NCBI GenBank assembly: GCA_965232515.1
Contig: CBDDPY010000002.1
Coordinates: forward strand, 6,848,001-6,912,000
DNA length: 64,000 nucleotides
Reading direction: 5' to 3'
From: Alphaproteobacteria bacterium
GTDB taxonomy: Bacteria; Pseudomonadota; Alphaproteobacteria; GCA-2731375
The first letter of the stretch is position 1, and each line of letters opens with the position of its first letter. Below, piece after piece: positions 61,795 to 64,000 of the stretch. The notes below the pieces were generated by a model. It was not told where the DNA came from and did not search any database. It saw only the letters and a program-made list of their open reading frames with translations. The translations under genes were made by a program, and so were the position numbers.

Positions 61795-63447
61795 ATGTCA
61801 GGCCACGAGCTGCTGCTGCACATAGCCGGCGGTGTCGCGCTGCTGCTGTGGTCGGCGCGGATGGTGCGGACCGGCCTGCTGCGGGCCTTCGGGGCGGAAC
61901 TGCGCAAGCGGGTCGGCCGGGCGACGCGCCGGCGGACGGCGGCGGCGCTCGCCGGCTTTGCCATCACCGCCGCCCTGCAGAGCTCGACGGCCACGGCCAT
62001 GTTGGCGGTGTCCTTCGCCGGGCGCGGCATGATCGCCTTGGCACCGGCCCTGGCGCTGATGCTGGGTGCCGATCTCGGCTCCACCATCGTGGTGCAGGTC
62101 CTCTCCTTCGATCTCGGCTGGCTGTCGCCGGCTCTCCTCCTGCTCGGGGTGCTGTCGTTCATGACCGGCACCCAGCCGCTGCGCCGGCACCTGGGCCGGG
62201 TGGCGGTAGGGCTAGGCCTGATGATCCTCGCCCTCGACCTCACGGTGGGAGCCTCCGAACAGTTACGCGCCAGCCCGGCCTTGCAAAGCCTGGTCGCCGC
62301 CCTGGGCGACGAGCCCGTGGTGGCGCTCCTGGTGGGGGCGGGGCTGGCCTGGCTGTTCCACTCCAGCGTCGCCCTGGTGCTGCTGATCGTCGGCCTTGCC
62401 GCCGGCGGCGTCATCTCGCCGGCGCTCGCCTTCCCGCTGGTCCTGGGCGCCAACGTGGGATCGGGGATCATCCCGACGGTGCTGACCCTGCGCAGCCGGC
62501 GGGAGGCGCGGCGTATCCCGCTGGGCAACCTGCTGTTCCGGCTGGCCGGCGCGCTGCTGGCGCTGCCGTTGGTCTCCCTGGTCGCGCCGCTGATCGCGGG
62601 CCTCGAGGCCGACCCGGCCCGCCAGATCGCCAACTTCCACAGCCTCTTCAACCTGGCCCTGCTGCTGGGCGGACTGCCCCTGGTTCCCCTCATGGCCAGG
62701 CTCACCGCGCGGCTGCTGCCCGAGGAGTTCATGGCGCCGGGCGGGGAGACACCCGGGGGCCCGCGCTATCTCAGCGAGGAGGCGACGCAGAGCCCGGCGA
62801 CGGCCCTGGCGGCGGCGACCCGCGAGGCCATGCGCATGGCCGACATCGCCGAGGCCATGCTGAGCCGAGTGGTCGAGGCCTTCGAGCCGCGGGGCGAGGC
62901 GGCGGCCGAGGAACTGGGCAGCCTGGACGACCAGCTCGACGAGCTGAACGAGGCGATCAAGCTCTATCTGGCGGAGCTGACCCGCGAGCCCCTGGACGAG
63001 GGGGCCAGCCGGAGCTGTGCGGAACTGCTGAGCTTCACCACGAACCTGGAGCACATCGGCGACATCATCAGCAAGAACCTGCGCAAGAGCGCGCAGAAGA
63101 AGCTGCGCGACAAGCTGTGCTTCTCGGAGGAGGGCTGGCAGGAACTGCTGGACCTCCATGCCCGGGTCTCCGGCCACATGCAGTTGGCGCTCAGTGCCTT
63201 CGTGACCCGCGATGCGGCGACCGCGCGCCAGCTCGTCGAGGAGAAGCGGGAGTTCCGAGAGCTGGAGCGCGAAGCCAACGACAGCCACCTGGACCGCCTG
63301 CGCCAGGGCCTCGTGGAGAGCATCGAGACCTCGGGCCTTCACATCGACATCCTGCGCGACCTCAAGCGCATCAACTCCCACATCACCGCCATCGGCTACG
63401 CCGTGCTCTCGACGGAAGAACCGCTGCGCGGGAGGAAAACTGCCTAG
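61795..63447 (+). CDS. Na+/Pi cotransporter family protein with PhoU-like C-terminal domains (YjbB-like)
   Basis: LQSSTAT, LGADLGST, HSSVA, LGANVGS, NLEHIGD, ETS.LH.D.LRDLKRINSH. Confidence 0.92.
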   Translation: MSGHELLLHIAGGVALLLWSARMVRTGLLRAFGAELRKRVGRATRRRTAAALAGFAITAALQSSTATAMLAVSFAGRGMIALAPALALMLGADLGSTIVVQVLSFDLGWLSPALLLLGVLSFMTGTQPLRRHLGRVAVGLGLMILALDLTVGASEQLRASPALQSLVAALGDEPVVALLVGAGLAWLFHSSVALVLLIVGLAAGGVISPALAFPLVLGANVGSGIIPTVLTLRSRREARRIPLGNLLFRLAGALLALPLVSLVAPLIAGLEADPARQIANFHSLFNLALLLGGLPLVPLMARLTARLLPEEFMAPGGETPGGPRYLSEEATQSPATALAAATREAMRMADIAEAMLSRVVEAFEPRGEAAAEELGSLDDQLDELNEAIKLYLAELTREPLDEGASRSCAELLSFTTNLEHIGDIISKNLRKSAQKKLRDKLCFSEEGWQELLDLHARVSGHMQLALSAFVTRDAATARQLVEEKREFRELEREANDSHLDRLRQGLVESIETSGLHIDILRDLKRINSHITAIGYAVLSTEEPLRGRKTA

Positions 63448-63605
63448 TGACCAACTATCCCGGTGAGATGAGATGGAACCGCGGATGCCATCTCCATCCA
63501 TGAGAGAGCGTTCTACGGCGACGTTGGGCATTTGTCCGTCTAGTGTCCTGCGGGCGAGTTCATCCGATCGGCTAGACCAATGGCTCGGTCACTCAGACCG
63601 TCTGC

Positions 63606-64000
63606 TCACGAGATCTTTGACATGGAGCCGGTAATCGGCGCGTCAAAGTCGAGATTTGCCAGATCGCAGCCACGCTGGAAATCGCCGATATGGCGTTCCA
63701 TCCAGCCGCGTGCCTCGCTGCGGTCGCCGGAGGAGATGGCAGCGAAGATTTTGCGGTGCGCGAGTATGAGGCGTTCGCCGGCGTTGAGCCGCGCCATTAC
63801 CTGGGCGAATGCGGGATAGAACAACTCGCCGACGGTTTCGCGACTCAATTGCAGCGCGCTGTTGCCGGTTGCCGCCGCAACGAGATTGTGAAACTCCACA
63901 TCGAGCCCGACAAGGTCGTCGCCGACGGCATGGGCCGTTTCCGTGCGGCGAAGATTGTCCTCGATCCGCTCAAGATCGTCAGGTGTGGCCTTGGTCGCGG
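63606..64000 (-). CDS. GntR/FadR family regulator, C-terminal FCD part; start outside the window
   Basis: D.EFH..VAAATGN..L, H..I..AI..GD...A...M..H. Confidence 0.8.
   Translation of the reverse strand, partial: ATKATPDDLERIEDNLRRTETAHAVGDDLVGLDVEFHNLVAAATGNSALQLSRETVGELFYPAFAQVMARLNAGERLILAHRKIFAAISSGDRSEARGWMERHIGDFQRGCDLANLDFDAPITGSMSKIS

Overview
High-GC alphaproteobacterial DNA (Rhodospirillales-like, inferred from the rRNA and gene content) in three parts. (1) 1-29.9 kb is mostly ordinary metabolism: two peptide/nickel-family ABC systems around a D-aminoacylase, a two-component pair, glyA under a ZTP riboswitch, gldA, HU, a nitroreductase, an Flp pilin, NatAB-type ABC genes and a patatin. 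(2) 30.0-36.9 kb is a complete rrn operon (16S-Ile-Ala-23S-5S-fMet). Its 23S gene is about 3.43 kb because it carries two intervening sequences: a non-coding, highly folded ~287-nt insert in helix 25, and a ~434-nt insert in helix 45 encoding a four-helix-bundle (23S_rRNA_IVP/Avd-like) protein. The most striking signal is that the helix-45 arms are built from a 7-nt repeat (NNRTCRG, e.g. GGATCAG), and about 16 arrays of that repeat are placed with strict polarity through the operon. Forward arrays follow the 3' ends of 16S, Ile, Ala, 23S and 5S, and reverse arrays precede the 5' ends of Ile, Ala, 23S, 5S and fMet, so each spacer has the same design as the IVS. (3) 36.9-64 kb is an accessory region starting at tRNA-fMet, with att-like tRNA scars, gene remnants, REP-like repeats, a sulfatase/TTT/GH3 module, a PEP-CTERM protein and a probable phosphodiester-sugar catabolic cluster. 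All calls come from reading motifs by eye; no database searches were run.
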